Shown one piece after another: positions 11,502-24,149 of a DNA stretch of 64,000 nt (positions are counted from its first letter, which is position 1; each line of letters begins with the position of its first letter). The notes under the pieces were generated by a model. The model had not been told where the DNA came from and did no database searches. It saw only the letters and a list, made by a program, of their open reading frames with translations. Source of the stretch: Isurus oxyrinchus (lineage: Eukaryota); NCBI GenBank assembly GCA_026770705.1, contig JANJGN010000021.1:99014001-99078000 (forward strand), written 5' to 3'. The position numbers were made by a program, and so were the translations under genes.

Positions 11502-13098
11502 ATAAGACCATAAGCCCATAAGACATAGGAGCAGAAATTAGGCCATTGGGCCCATCGAGTCTGCTCCGCCATTCAATCATGGTTGATAAGTTTCTCAACC
11601 CCATTCTCCTGCCTTCTCCCCGTAACCTTTGATCCCCTTACCAATCAAGAACCTATTTAGCTCGGTCTTAAATACACTCAATGACCTGGCCTCCACAGCC
11701 TTCTGTGGCAATGAATTCCATAGATTCACCACTCTCTGGCTAAAGAAGTTTCTTCTCATCTTTGTTCTAAAAGGTCTTCCCTTTACTCTGAGACTGTGCC
11801 CTCGGGTCCTAGTCTCTCCTACTAATGGAAACATCTTCCCCACGTCCACTCTATCCAGGCCTTTCAGTATTCTGTAAGTTTCAATCAGATCCCCCCTCAT
11901 CCTTCTAAACTCCATCGAGTATGGTCCAAGAGTCCTCAAACGTTCCTCATTTGTTAAGCCTTTCATTCCTGGAATCAATTTCGTGAACCTCCTCTGGACC
12001 CTTTCCAGGGCCAGCACATCCTTCCTGAGATACGGGGCCCAAAATCGCTCACAATATTCTAAATGTGGTCTGACCAGAGCCTTACAAAGCCTCAGCAGCA
12101 TATCGCTGCTTTTATATTCTCGTCCTCTCGAAATAAATGCCAACATTGCATTTGCCTTCCTAACTACTGACTCAACCTGCAAATTAACCTTAAGAGAATC
12201 CTGGACTAGGACTCCCAAGTCCCTTTGCACTCCAGATTTCTGAATTCTCTCCCCATTTAGAAAATAGTCTATGCCTCTATTCTTCCTGCCAAAGTGCATG
12301 ACCTCACACTTCCCCACATTGTATTCCATCTGCCACTTCTTTGCTCATTCTCCTAACCTGTCCAAATCCTTCTGCAGCCTCCCTGCCTCCTCAAAACTAC
12401 CTGTCCCTCCACCTATCTTTGTATCATCTGCAAACTTAGCCAGGATGCCCTCAGTTCCTTCATCTAGATCATTAATGTATGAAGTGAAAAGTTGTGGTCC
12501 CAACACTGACCCCTGTGGAACTCCATTAGTCACCGGCTGCCATCCTGAGAAGGACCCCCTTATCCCCACTCTCTGCTTCCTGCCAGACAGCCAATCTTCT
12601 ATCCATGCTAGTACCTTGCCTCTAACACCATGGGCTCTTATCTTACTGAGCAGCCTCCTGTGCAGCACCATGTCAAAGGCCTTCTGGAAGTCCAAGTAGA
12701 TAACATCCATTGGCTCTCCTTTGTCTAAGGCACTCGTTACCTCCTCAAAGAATTCTAACAGATTTGTCAGGCATGACCTCCCCTTGATGAAACCATGCTG
12801 ACTTTGCCCGATTTTACCAGGCACTTCCAAGTATTCTGAAATTTCATCCTTAATAATGGCCTCTAAAATCTTACCAACAACCGAGGTCAGGCTAATTGGC
12901 CTGTAATTTCCCGTCTTTTGACTCACTCCCTTCTTAAACAGCGGGGTTACATTAGCGATTTTCCAGTCCTCTGGGACCCTCCCTGACTCCAGTGAATCCT
13001 GAAAGATAATGCCTCCACTATCTCTTCAGCTATCTCCTTCAGAAGTCTGGGTTGTAATCCATCTGGTCCAAGTGATTTATCCACCTTCAGACCTTCAG
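11502..13098 (-). mobile_element. Young 5'-truncated CR1 LINE (RT C-terminal part)
   Basis: ORFs 12345-12926 and 11595-12329 (NYRPISLTS, YLDFQKAFD, GVPQGSVLGP, KFADDTK); cttatg-type 3' tail; 6-bp TSD gtgtcc at 11496-11501 and 13099-13104; empty site in the mirror arm near 55760. Confidence 0.95.
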
Positions 13099-13099
13099 G

Positions 13100-14300
13100 T
13101 GTCCTGCCCCCACTTGTGACAGAGACATGTCCAGCAGCTGATAACTCCTCACTGGGGAGCTGCTGACCAGAAGCTGCATCCACTCGAGGTCCAGCTGCTG
13201 TCTCGTGGTCCTGCTCTGTTTCTGTACTTGGAGCTGTCAGGAGTGGCTCTATTGGGGTTATTTGTGACACTGCAATGCTGAAGGTGCAACATGGGGCAGG
13301 AGAGACAGTGTCACTTCACCTGCCCTCCCACCCAGGGTGCTCACCCTCCTGTTTGTCTGGATGTCACTCCCCTTGCCTGTCCAGCTCAAGTTAGTGTCTC
13401 ACTTCCCTCTGTGACGCGGGGCTCAGTGTCTTCACCAGGTTCCCTTTCAACCCCCTGGGCTGCTCTCACTGATTCACCACCACCTCCAGCTGCTGTGTCC
13501 AAAGACAGCACCTGTCAGGAGAAAACATTTACAATGAAGATTCACCTTCCTTTGTCATATCACAGAAGCTCGTCTGTTCAGACCTGGTTTAAACACCCAG
13601 CTACTGACACTCACCTTTCCTCACTCCAATATCTGCTTGGTCACCACTCAGTGAAGTATTACTGATTCCCAGCAGCTGTCTGACCCTCTCTTCATCCTCA
13701 TTCAGAAAGACCACTCCACCTGCGGGTAATGAACACTGCCGGACATTATGACCCATCTCACTCTAAATAGACATGTTAAATAATAACACTTGCTGATTTG
13801 CAAAAGACCTGTCAGGTAGTTTGATGACAGTTTCACACTCCCATTCTGTAGGTTGCAGATAAGAGACCTTTACAAACATTTAGTAAACATGTCACCAAAG
13901 GGAACTGAATTTTCCCACCACCTGACATCATCCACCCCTGACCAACCCATAAACCCATTAACAGGATCTTCACTTCATTACCCATTAAATCTTCAATGAA
14001 CATTTAAATGATAAAAACTGCAAGAACTCTACAAACCCTGTCAGATTGTGTGAACTCATTCCATTTCTTTCGACGTTGCAGTGCGGACCATGGAACAGTG
14101 CAGTTAGCAGTCACACTCTCTGTCACCTCCTTCCACACCAAGACACTAACTCTACTCGGTAACCCACACTTCTCATTACTGAGATGCTGGAGACACTTCA
14201 GCTCCACCTCACTGGCAAATGTGTTGAAGTTTGATTCACTAAAGTTATGACACGTCTTCCTCTCATCTGTCTTTTGCTCTGTTATCTTCTTGTCTGTAAA
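13100..14300 (-). pseudogene. Myb/SANT-like DNA-binding (MSANTD / Harbinger ORF2-type) remnant with a probable second exon ~13100-13511
   Basis: RKTCHNFSESNF..F.SEV...VWKEVTESVTA...RKKWNEF; mirror copy on + at 52340-52600 and 55353-55790. Confidence 0.65.
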
Positions 14301-15556
14301 CAAGTGAATAAACGCTGATGGAAAGCAGTGAAAGATGCTGACATTTGGTATGAACTCACCCTGTTCACATTGAACTGAACCCCAACAACTGGCCATTCCA
14401 AGACCCACAAGCTGCTGAGTGGATGAATTAAACCTTTCTTGTGAAATCAGTAAAGATGAATTTTGACAAGTCAACCACTGACAATTATTTATTGACAACA
14501 AACCACAATTATCAGCACTTTTAGTGAAACATCAGTGATATAAATAAGAACAGAATTTTCTCCATAATTTTACATTATTTATGAAATTTCTAAAGCTACA
14601 TTACATAGCTCTTCAAATTTGACATTATTTGAGGTGCAAAACAGGACAGTTTCATTCAATATAAAATGTGACAGTCTGTGGAGCCTCACTACACCCACAG
14701 TTACAGTTTATATTGAAGATACTCATTTCATGTCCATCACTCAAACTGAATATTTTACATGGTTTTCAGCCCCTCAGACACCCGGAGGGTCTTAGTCAGT
14801 GGTATTTCCCCAATGAGCCTCTGCACCAGATGCTCCAAGTTTTAATATGTCCCTCAGCATTAGTCCTGGAACTTGGAATGTGCCAGACTGCAACACTCAC
14901 TGATCAACAACACTGGGCACTGGGAGAGCAGCTAGTTTCAGACAGACCAAAGCACATCCTTCACTCAGTTGATCGTCCTCCATCAGCAGATGCTGTTTAT
15001 CTCGGTGTGTGTTCCTGGGAACAGCCGGTAGAACACAGAGTCCTGCTTAATGGAGCTGCTGGGATGAACAGTCTGTGACTCTCTGGGAACTCACTGCCTC
15101 GATTCTCACCTTTTTCATCGCACACAACTTGTAAAGTGAAGTGACTCTCTCATTTCTGCCTGTAACTGTCTAGTATAACCATCCACACTGACTTCTGGAA
15201 CCTGTTACTCTCTGTCCTGATTTACATTGTACTTGTTCAACTTCCCTTCAGTATCTGTGAAGAGAATCTGTGGAGTGGTGGGTGTCACACACCCTCTGAT
15301 ATACCTTGAAATTAAATATAAAACCGTTTCCATTCAATTCACCAATCTGGGTAGTACATACGACCTCGTGGTGTCAATCACTTCGAACAGGCGTGTAAGT
15401 CTTCCTGAAGAACTCTCAGTTCATGAAGCCTGAATACCTCAACGTGTCAGTCAGGAATACAACAGCCCCTAATATCTCAATCTGTCCACAACAAGGGATG
15501 AACCCCATCCCAGAAACAGTCATGGGATATTTCTGGATATATGGATCTATAATGAT

Positions 15557-15681
15557 GGGTGGAATTTTACGGCTCCTCCTGCTGTCAGAATCTTCCATCC
15601 TGCCGAAGCCAATGGGCTTTTAAACTGTTCACCACGTTTTGGGCCCCGCCCCCACTGAGGCGGGTCTGTAAATTTCTGCCC
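15557..15681. mobile_element. Short MITE-like element with GGG(T/C)(G/A)GAA(T/A)TT termini (mirror copy 50956-51080)
   Basis: gggtggaatttt ... aaatttctgccc; resembles the Harbinger termini in this window. Confidence 0.45.
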
Positions 15682-15698
15682 CATGTGGCTAACTTTTT

Positions 15699-16370
15699 TG
15701 TGTGTGTGTGTGTGTTTGTGTGAGGTGTGTGTGTGTTGCAGTGTGTGTGTGTGACAGCGTGTGTGTGGCACTGTATTTGTGACAGTATGTGTGAGACAGT
15801 GTGTGTGTGATAGCGTGTGTGTGTGTAACAGCATGTGTGTGGCAGTGTGTGTGTGAAAGCGTGTCTATGTGTGATAGCATGTGTGTCTCCATGTCTGTGA
15901 CAGCGGGTGTGTGTGTGTGTGTGTAACAGCATGTGTGGCAGTGTGTGTGAAAGCTTGTCAGTGTGTGACAGCATGTGTGTTCGTGTCTGTGACAGCATGT
16001 GTGTGTGAGACAGCGTGTGTGTGTGTGACAGCGTGTGGCGTGTGTATGTGTGTGTGTGTGTGCGTGTGCGTGTGTGTGAGTTTGTGTTTCAGAATGTGTG
16101 ACAGTGTCAGAATTTGTGAGTTTATGTGTCAGTGTGCATGTGCATGCGTGTGTCACTGTGTGTCTGTTTGTGCATGTGTGTCACTACGTGTGTATGTGTG
16201 TGTGTGTGTGCGCATGAGTATGCCAGTGTGTGCACATATGTCAGTGGGTCTTTGCCTGTGTCTGTGTCTGTGTGTGTGTGTATATGTGTCAATATGTGTC
16301 ACTCTTTGTGTCTGTGTGTGTGTGTGTCTGTCACTGCTCGTGTCTGTGTGTGTGTCTGTGTGTGTTGTGT
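15699..16370. repeat. Long degenerate (TG)n tract (mirror (CA)n at 50292-50940)
   Basis: Seen directly. Confidence 0.95.
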
Positions 16371-16588
16371 ATACTGATGTATCTGACATTGTATCCATTT
16401 CTGTCTGTCTCCATTTCCCTGTCTTCCTGTCTACTCTGTATGGATCTATCTATCCACAAGATCCTGCTTTATGTCTGTGAGATGTGGATCGCATATTCTG
16501 ACCACATTAAGAAATGGAATCACTATCTCCCGAGCTTCCTGATTCCACAAATGATCAGATGATTAAACAAGATTTCACACACCAAAGT

Positions 16589-17413
16589 TCTTATGACACA
16601 GCCGATGATAAATGCTGAGCTGTTCAAATCCCAGAGGGAGACTTGAAACAACTGTCATAAGCAATTTTGCAATTTGTATGTTTCGAGATGCAGGCTTTGA
16701 ATTCAGTAGTAATAAGACTGCCGAGTCTCAAGAGGTTCTTATAAATTAAACATTTATTAATTAAAAGATTGTAAGCACATACATATGTCTACAAATTACT
16801 ACTATAATCGCTTCTAAAAATCCCCTAATTGCTCTGATTCCCAGTTACACCTCTGTTAAGACAACAGTAAACCACAGAGATTTAAACACACCCCTGGCAA
16901 AGCACACCCTGGACAGTCGCATTCAAAACAAGTTTCTTTCAGCTCTGGAACCACACAGACAATGCCTTAAGGGTTACAAGTTGGAGGCTTTAGGTCTTAG
17001 AATGCCTCTCCTTTTACAAACAGTTTTCTCTTCCTCCATACATATTTTCCGTTTTGAATGCAAATTCTCACTGTATCACTAGATTCTTTGAACTTTACCT
17101 CTCCTAACAATAAAGCCCTTTCATCATACCAATTTTATTAGAAAGCTTTGAAAAAAAATAAACACATTGTTTGGCTTCTTCTGGCTAGGTATAATATTTT
17201 ACCCACTCTTCTGACTGGTCTATTTAAAAATGCAAATTACCCCCATGTTTATCGAATTAATAATTCAAACTTACTTCTCTTCTATACATCATTCATGTTG
17301 ACGAGCTAGCTTTAATCCAATTAAGGCTCACACACATAATCACAGACACCACTAAACTCTATTTGAAATATAATTTCCAATAAAATTACAAACATTATTA
17401 TATCTTCTTGACA
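16589..17413 (-). mobile_element. Possible solo LTR-like repeat (mirror copy 49243-50070)
   Basis: Starts tgtcaagaag and ends gtgtcataaga on the minus strand, with AATAAA near the 3' end; no TSD confirmed. Confidence 0.3.
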
Positions 17414-17955
17414 TAGATGATCAACAAGCTGAGCTTCCAGCTCTCAATGCTCCAGTTGTGAATCACGGTGACAATGGTCAGCTCACGAGGTTCCAGTGTC
17501 TGATGAACCAATCCCCAAGATGATCTTTTCTAGAACATTTCAGGGTGATCCTGGGAGTTATAAACTCTGTTACAAAGGGAAGCAGAAACAGTGCAAGACG
17601 GATGTCCATAATTGGGAACAAGTTGTTGAAGGCAAGAAAGTGTGAGGGAAAACCATCCCTGAATGTCCCTTTGACTGTGAGAGCCGACACATCACTTGAG
17701 AAAACCTCACTTGAAGAATCAGGATCCTGATCTGGAGGATCCGGGATCAATCTCTGGAAACACATTCCAAGGAAAAATAGATCTCCATCGTCAAAGAACT
17801 CAGTGTAAACATTGTCTGGGAGGGTGAGACAGGGTCAGGAGGACAGTGAAATTAGTCTGACAGGTTTAACAGTGTCTGGAAGGGTGAGACAGTGTCAAGA
17901 GCAGAATGAAAATGTTACTAATACATCAATATTGAAAATTGAAAATGTCACTTAC

Positions 17956-17991
17956 TGAATCAGGAAGGTTCTGGAACAGAGACATCAGAAG
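17956..17991 (-). pseudogene. Gene B last coding exon (SDVSVPEPS*)
   Basis: 36 nt with ctcag acceptor and gtaagt donor; same exon type as 48590-48625. Confidence 0.75.
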
Positions 17992-18255
17992 CTGAGAAAA
18001 TAAAAACAGAAGGTGAGAAACAGGATAACATATAAGAAACCGAGAGTGTGAGACATTCTATATCACTCACTGAGCCCAAGATCCATTCACTCATCGACTC
18101 ATAAATGTTTCCAGCACCAAATGAGGCCATTCGGCCTATCGTGTCCATGCCGGTCAACAAAGGTCCCTTCTCAGTGTCCTGTATTCCCAGTACTGGAGAT
18201 TCCCCACACTCACTCTGTCCCCTCAGTTGCACATTCACCTCTCTCGGATTCTTAC

Positions 18256-18348
18256 CTCTCCGTCGTCTTTTCTAAATAAACCTTCCAATTATCCCGAATA
18301 TAAGAATTCCTGTGATCTCTAATCCTGTTACACTGTTTTCTGGGATTT
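18256..18348 (-). pseudogene. Gene B TM exon with premature stop
   Basis: EIPENSVTGLEITGILIFGIIGRFI*KRRR. Confidence 0.88.
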
Positions 18349-19164
18349 CTGAAACACATTTGAATAATATCAGGATTGTCTCTCTGTTCCCAGATCCAAT
18401 CCCAGGTCTGACCGGGGACATTGGCAGGATGTGATATGTTGTATTCCCCAGGGATCTGGACTGGGGCCTCAGCTTTTCACCGTCTATATTCATGGCTTGG
18501 ATGCAGGAACAGAGAGTTGTATATCCAAGTTTACAGATGACACTAAGTTAGGAGACACAGTGAAGGGACATTGACAGATTAAATGAGTGAATTCCATCTG
18601 CCACAGTTTTCCCAATGTAGGGAAGTGTGGGATCATCCACATTAAATCTGGGAAAGACAAATTGGAATATTTTCATCATGTTCAGAGTTTAGGAGCTGTA
18701 AAAAATCAGAGATGTGGATGGCCATGTACACAAATCACTAAAAGCTTGTTCACTATTATAAAAATCAATCAGAAAGGCTAATGGGCTGTTGTCCTTTATC
18801 TCAAGGGAGTTTGAACACAAAGTGAGGAAATGATGCTTCAGTTGTACAGAGCTTTGGTCAGACTCCGCCTGGAGAATGACATTCAGTTCTGGACACCAAA
18901 CCTCACATCAGATATACTGGCTGTGGAGGGGAACAGTGTAGATTCAGCAGAATGATCCCACAGCTCAGAGGGTTCAGTTATGAGGACAGATTCTTTGTGT
19001 TTAACAAGGTGAAGGATGGAGATGTTTAAAATGATAAAGGGAGTCAATAGGGCCTAGAGAGAGAAATTATTTTCTCTGTTGATGGAATCCGGAACAAGAG
19101 AGAATCATCTTCAAATTAGAGTGAGGTCATTTAGGAGTGAAATCAGGAAATTCTTTCCACACAT

Positions 19165-19500
19165 TGGGTTAATGTGACTGGACTAGTCATCCTGAGGCCA
19201 AGGCTTATTTTTGGGAACCCAGTCTCAAATACTGCCACACCAGCTGGTGGAGATTAAATTCAACTTATTTTAAAAAGCGTGACTTGAAGACTACTATCGA
19301 TTGTCATAGAAACCCATCTGATTCACTAAAGTCCTTTCGGGAAGGGAATTGGCTGTCCTGACCTGCTCTGATCTATTTGTGAGTTCAGACCCAGAGCAAT
19401 GTGGCTGCCTCTTACCCACTCTCTGAAATGGCCTAGCACGCACTCGGCTGGTCAGATCAGTGAGGGTTGGGAAACAAATGCAGACCTCGCCAGCAAAGAA
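19165..19500 (+). mobile_element. HE1-type tRNA-derived elasmobranch SINE (decayed)
   Basis: Recognised from memory of the family: ...ctggactagt..., aaacccatctg.ttcactaa.gtccttt.gggaaggg, ctgaaatggcctagc. Confidence 0.6.
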
Positions 19501-19779
19501 TTCAAAAATCACAAATGGGCAGTGTAAATCTGGAACTTTCTCTCACAGAAAGACTGTGGATGCTGACAGTCAACTGACTTTGTGAACACTGAGATGGGGA
19601 GATTTTTGCTGTGTAAGAGCAGCAAGAGATAAGGAGCAATAGGGAGTAAATGGAGCTGAGGTATAGATCAGTCAGGATCCCACTGAATGGTAGAGCAGAC
19701 TCAGTGGACAGAATGGCCTAGTCTTGTTCATATGTGATATACACACACACACACACACACACACACTACAGTTCCTTAC

Positions 19780-20042
19780 CCCACTGATAGAGCTGGGTCT
19801 CTGCCAGGCTGCTGTGTTCAATTTGACAGGAGTATTGATCCTCATCCCCAGCATTTATTTCAATCTCTTTCCGGATCTGATGGGTCCCATCGTGGTTGGG
19901 TCGAACACCCGAGGATAGTGTCTCAGACATTACCTCTCCATTCCTTAGCCAGCTCACCTCGATGTCTACAGGATAAAACCCAGTAACCAGGCAGGAGAGA
20001 GTGAGCAGCTTGTACTGACTATTGGGGTCACTTCTGGTTGAA
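19780..20042 (-). pseudogene. Gene B alpha3 exon, frameshifted
   Basis: Near-identical to A alpha3; 263 nt = 279 minus 16. Confidence 0.93.
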
Positions 20043-20159
20043 CTGTAATGGGAAAGGGTGAAAACACAAACAATAGACAGACACTGAATGGAATGGGAGA
20101 ACGCTTTCATAGACCAGTGAAGTTAGATCAGAACATGGGATTAAAATTATTACAAATAC

Positions 20160-20413
20160 CTTTCCTTTTGAAATATTCCTTCCCAGCTTGTAAATATTTC
20201 TTTAAATGTTGAACATATACTTGTTGTAGATGATTTTCCCAGAATCCCATTTTTCCTTAGTCTTCACTGCAATGTGATTGGATGCGACCCATCTCATTCT
20301 GTCTGGCTCTAAACTAATATAATCTTTTCCATCAAATCCAACTCGCATCGATCTCTTCATGGAGCCGTCTTCAGAAACATCAACAGACCGAATCCATTGA
20401 AGAATGTGAATTC
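20160..20413 (-). pseudogene. Gene B alpha2 exon, frameshifted
   Basis: GIHILQWIRSVDVSEDG...GFDGKDYISL...KTKEKWD / WENHLQQVYVQHLKKYLQAGKEYFKRK; 254 nt = 276 minus 22. Confidence 0.92.
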
Positions 20414-21839
20414 CTGTCAGTGACCAAACAGTTAATCAGCAATCACAATGTGTCTGCTCAGTGGTGAAAATGTAAACGAACATATTATCTACCTTATTAA
20501 TGTACAATCACAGTTCAACTATGTAACTGTTCCTTTATTTCATTTATATTAATGAATGTAGACCGGTTGTGGTGTCACCCTGTGTGTGGAGTGTGTTTCA
20601 TGGGGGTAACATGGAACATCAAGGTACAAGGAGGACCCAGATGGAAGGTAGATAAAGAACTGTACTGAACTGCACTGTGGGCTCAAAACACAAAGCATGA
20701 TGGCTAATTTAGTCAAGTTCGGTAAAATGACTTAACCTGTAGGAGGGTTTGTACCAGGGAAGATAAACAGACTGAGCTTCATTAAGGGGCAATAAATGTG
20801 CTGCCTTCTTCCCATTCTGGAGATTGCTAAGTGTTGGAGATAACAAAGTGGAGTCAAGCTGGCTTTGTTAGATCAAGTGTGACCTTCAAAGGGGGTTACG
20901 CCAAGGTACATGTACGGGGATGTAACTAAAAACCAATTAAATGGACTAAAAGCTGGCTTTACCTTAAAGGGCACAGGGTCATAGCAAGAAATAGTATAAA
21001 GTGTCCACAGAATCACCATTCCTGCAGCGGTCAGGGCAATTTGGTCGTTGTTCAGAAGACGTGCACGGAGGATTCATCATTGGATTGACCAATGAGACGG
21101 ACTTCAGCTCACAGGGAAGATAAGTAACCGGTATTGTTGTGAGTGTGTACGATTGCTTAGTAGTTTAATAAAGATGCATCACCTTTTGTGGAACTGCATC
21201 CAAGTTATTGGGTAAAGTTGATATCCAAGACAGAAACCTTTAGACCAGGAAGAGGGTCGTACAAAAGGGGATCTTGTATAATATAGAAAGGGAGCAGTAA
21301 TGCCACAGGATGGAATTTTCCAGCCCCACCAGCAGCGGGAAGCTGGGCGGGTGTGTTAGTTAATTTGACGGGAGGTCAAAAGTCAGTTTCCAAATGGCGG
21401 GATGAACTTTGCGAATTATGTTCTTGGGAATGTAAAGGCAGGCTTAAGGTGGAAAAAGTTCCCGATGAACAATGTCAGGAAGCCCTTTTGCACAGATTAG
21501 CATTTGACGCATGTTCATCAAAAGGCCACCTTGCTGGAATGAAGTTCTGTTAAGGCCAGGATGGGAGCTGTGCGCAGTTTATCTAGCCCCACTACCCCAC
21601 AGGTCACATCATTAGCATAAATGTTTAATTCACTCACCAAAATGGCCAATGAGTTACCTTCGCTGCTGTTTGACACTGAATAAAGAGACACTAACCAGGC
21701 TTCTTTCAATAAACACAGAATGATTGATTTATTACAAAATGAAATCTCTTTTTCAAACAAGTTGCAAGAACTGGTTAACACACAATTTGTAATCTTGAAG
21801 TATTACAATTTGTAATCTGTCGCTTTTAAAGTTTCCCAG

Positions 21840-21990
21840 CACACACACACATGGACACACACGCATATCAACACACACACACAGAAACACACGCATCAAC
21901 ACAGACACACACACATGCATTAACAGACACACACAAACACACACACACATGGACACACATCAACACACACATACACATACACACAGACAG
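21840..21990. repeat. Degenerate (CA)n
   Basis: Seen directly. Confidence 0.9.
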
Positions 21991-23291
21991 GACAAACAAA
22001 TAGGGTCTCTGCAAAGATGGGCAGTTGAAGAAAAAAAGTTTATGAAAAAAAGAATAAAGTTGACAGGGTTTTGAAGCTGTTGATCTGGAGCTCCCTCATG
22101 TGAAGACAGATCGTTAGTCCATGTAGATGCCTGGAGGTTCTCACCAACACAGCTTCAGCTTTGAGGAAAGTAGAGAATGGTCTGAAGAATCCTTGTCTCA
22201 GCCTCTTGGGTTTCCAAATACAGACAATTTCCACTGAGATGAGGATTGACAGCTGAATACTGATCACCACACTTTTCAGGCAAGGGAAGGATTGTGCGGG
22301 TTGGACAGCTTTACCATTCTCAGCTTATTTCCAACTGTGTTCAAAAACACAAGTTCAAAACATAAAGCTAATCTTCATCAGGTCATTTCCAGTAAATCAC
22401 CAGGGCCTCTGCCTTTACAAGTTTTTTTTCCCCCAGCCATTAAAGTAATTACTGTTGAAAGAAGCAAATCGCTCTCCTCCTCAAGTCCCATGCTGGTCAG
22501 GTGGTTTCTTGAAAAAGACATGCTTGCTCACATTCCAAATTGAACTTTCGATCTTTTTAAAGTTTAATGATGCAATGTCCTTCCAAACTTTAAAAGAACA
22601 TACAGATCTTGGAAATATCATTTCCCAACGGTTTCCTCTCCAAATTGAGTTCCCCGTCAATCAGAAATTTGAACATTCACATTTACAGCTGCACGTAAAT
22701 GACGTTCCCCTGGCGAGGTTGACTTCTTCCACGACTATGAAGTGAGCGGAAGCTGCTTTGACCGTCTCGGGGGCTGCTCACAAATCTCAGCCTCTTGACT
22801 CATATCAGGTGGCGGCCGGGCCAAGCTGTGCGAAGGATGGACATGAGGGGCTGGCTAAGGTTGGGCAGGCGGATGTGGGGTGGAGTGGGGGTTGGACATG
22901 GAAGTTAGGCAAAAAATGGAAGTGGGGGGAGATTGCCCAGGGAAAGAAGACAGACTGTCCGGAGCAGGAAGGGATGCAGTAAGGGAATGCAAGGGTGCAG
23001 CAATATGGGATGGAGGAAATGGCCTTTCTTGTGGGGTCTGGGGGTCTTGTGGCTGGGTGGGGGTGGGAGTTTCTGGGCAGGAATGGTGGGAGAGAGAAGC
23101 TCCTAGAGACAGGGTCAGTTCTGTCTCCAGTGGGGTCCTGGGGGTTGAACTGAGGGCACTGGGCAGCAGAAGGAACAGGCACAGTGAGAGGGGGAGTTGG
23201 ATGTGGTGGGGTGGCAGATCCATGGTGACAGTCGGGTGGCTGAACGTTCCATGGAATGGTCATGAAAGTGTAACAAGAAGGTCAGTGTAGG

Positions 23292-23597
23292 TAAAAACAA
23301 AAAAACTGCAGATGCTGGAAATCCAAAACAAAAACAGAATTATCTGGAAAAACTCAGCAGGTCTGGCAGCATCGGCGGAGAAGAAAAGAGTTGACGTTTC
23401 GAGTCCTCATGACCCTTCGACAGAACTTGAGTTCGAGTCCAAGAAAGAGTTGAAACCAGCTTGTATTTCAACTCTTTCTTGGACTCGAACTCAAGTTCTG
23501 TCGAAGGGTCATGAGGACTCGAAACGTCAACTCTTTTCTTCTCCGCCAATGCTGCCAGACCTGCTGAGTTTTTCCAGGTAATTCTGTTTTTGTTTTG
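23292..23597. mobile_element. Palindromic PLE-terminus insert with two hammerhead motifs on opposite strands
   Basis: Inverted arms ~23323-23454 and ~23467-23597; 12-bp TSD ggtcagtgtagg at 23280-23291 and 23598-23609. Confidence 0.9.
23494..23532 (+). ncRNA. Minimal type I hammerhead ribozyme-like motif (second copy on - at 23388-23426)
   Basis: agtt-CTGTCGA-a-GGGTC-atgag-GACTC-GAAA-C-GTC-aact. Confidence 0.65.
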
Positions 23598-24149
23598 GGT
23601 CAGTGTAGGCATGGGAACGGTAATGGAAGTAGGCTCTGAGCGGACAGAAGGCCATGTGGAGGGTGATGGTTAGAGATGTAAGGCTAACAGGGAGAGGTTT
23701 AAGTGTAACGGAGGGAGGGAAATGGTTATATTTGGTGGTTCAAGGGTGATGGGGATAGTTCACGGGTGCTGGAGAGTGTGAGGGGCCATGAAGGTGGTGG
23801 CGTGAGTTTCAAATTTTACATGCACCATATTGGGAGTCTCACTGATGCAACACAATCACTGTAAAACTGTGATACTTCGAATTGGGGGGAGGGTCTTTTC
23901 CCGTGGATGGAGTTCAGGGTCAGCGCAATTGGCTGACCAAAGGGACACCCTAATAATCATGAGGCAACTGGATGGGAACCAGGCTCCGTCACTGAGTATG
24001 TTTAAAGCAGAGGTCAATAGGTTTGTAGATACGAATGACATTAAGGGATACGGGGACAGTGCAGGGAGATGGTGTTGAGATAGAAGATCAGCCATGATCT
24101 AGTTAAATGGTGAGGAAGGCTCGAGCGGCCGAATGACCTACTCCTGCTC

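Noticed and set aside
14668-15623. ORFs conserved with 50966-51759
   Set aside because: Duplicated intergenic DNA; the frame is not preserved between the arms.
20568-22750. Possible additional LTR-like elements in gene B intron 2
   Set aside because: TATA- and polyA-like motifs are present, but no paired LTR, TSD or coding remnant could be confirmed.
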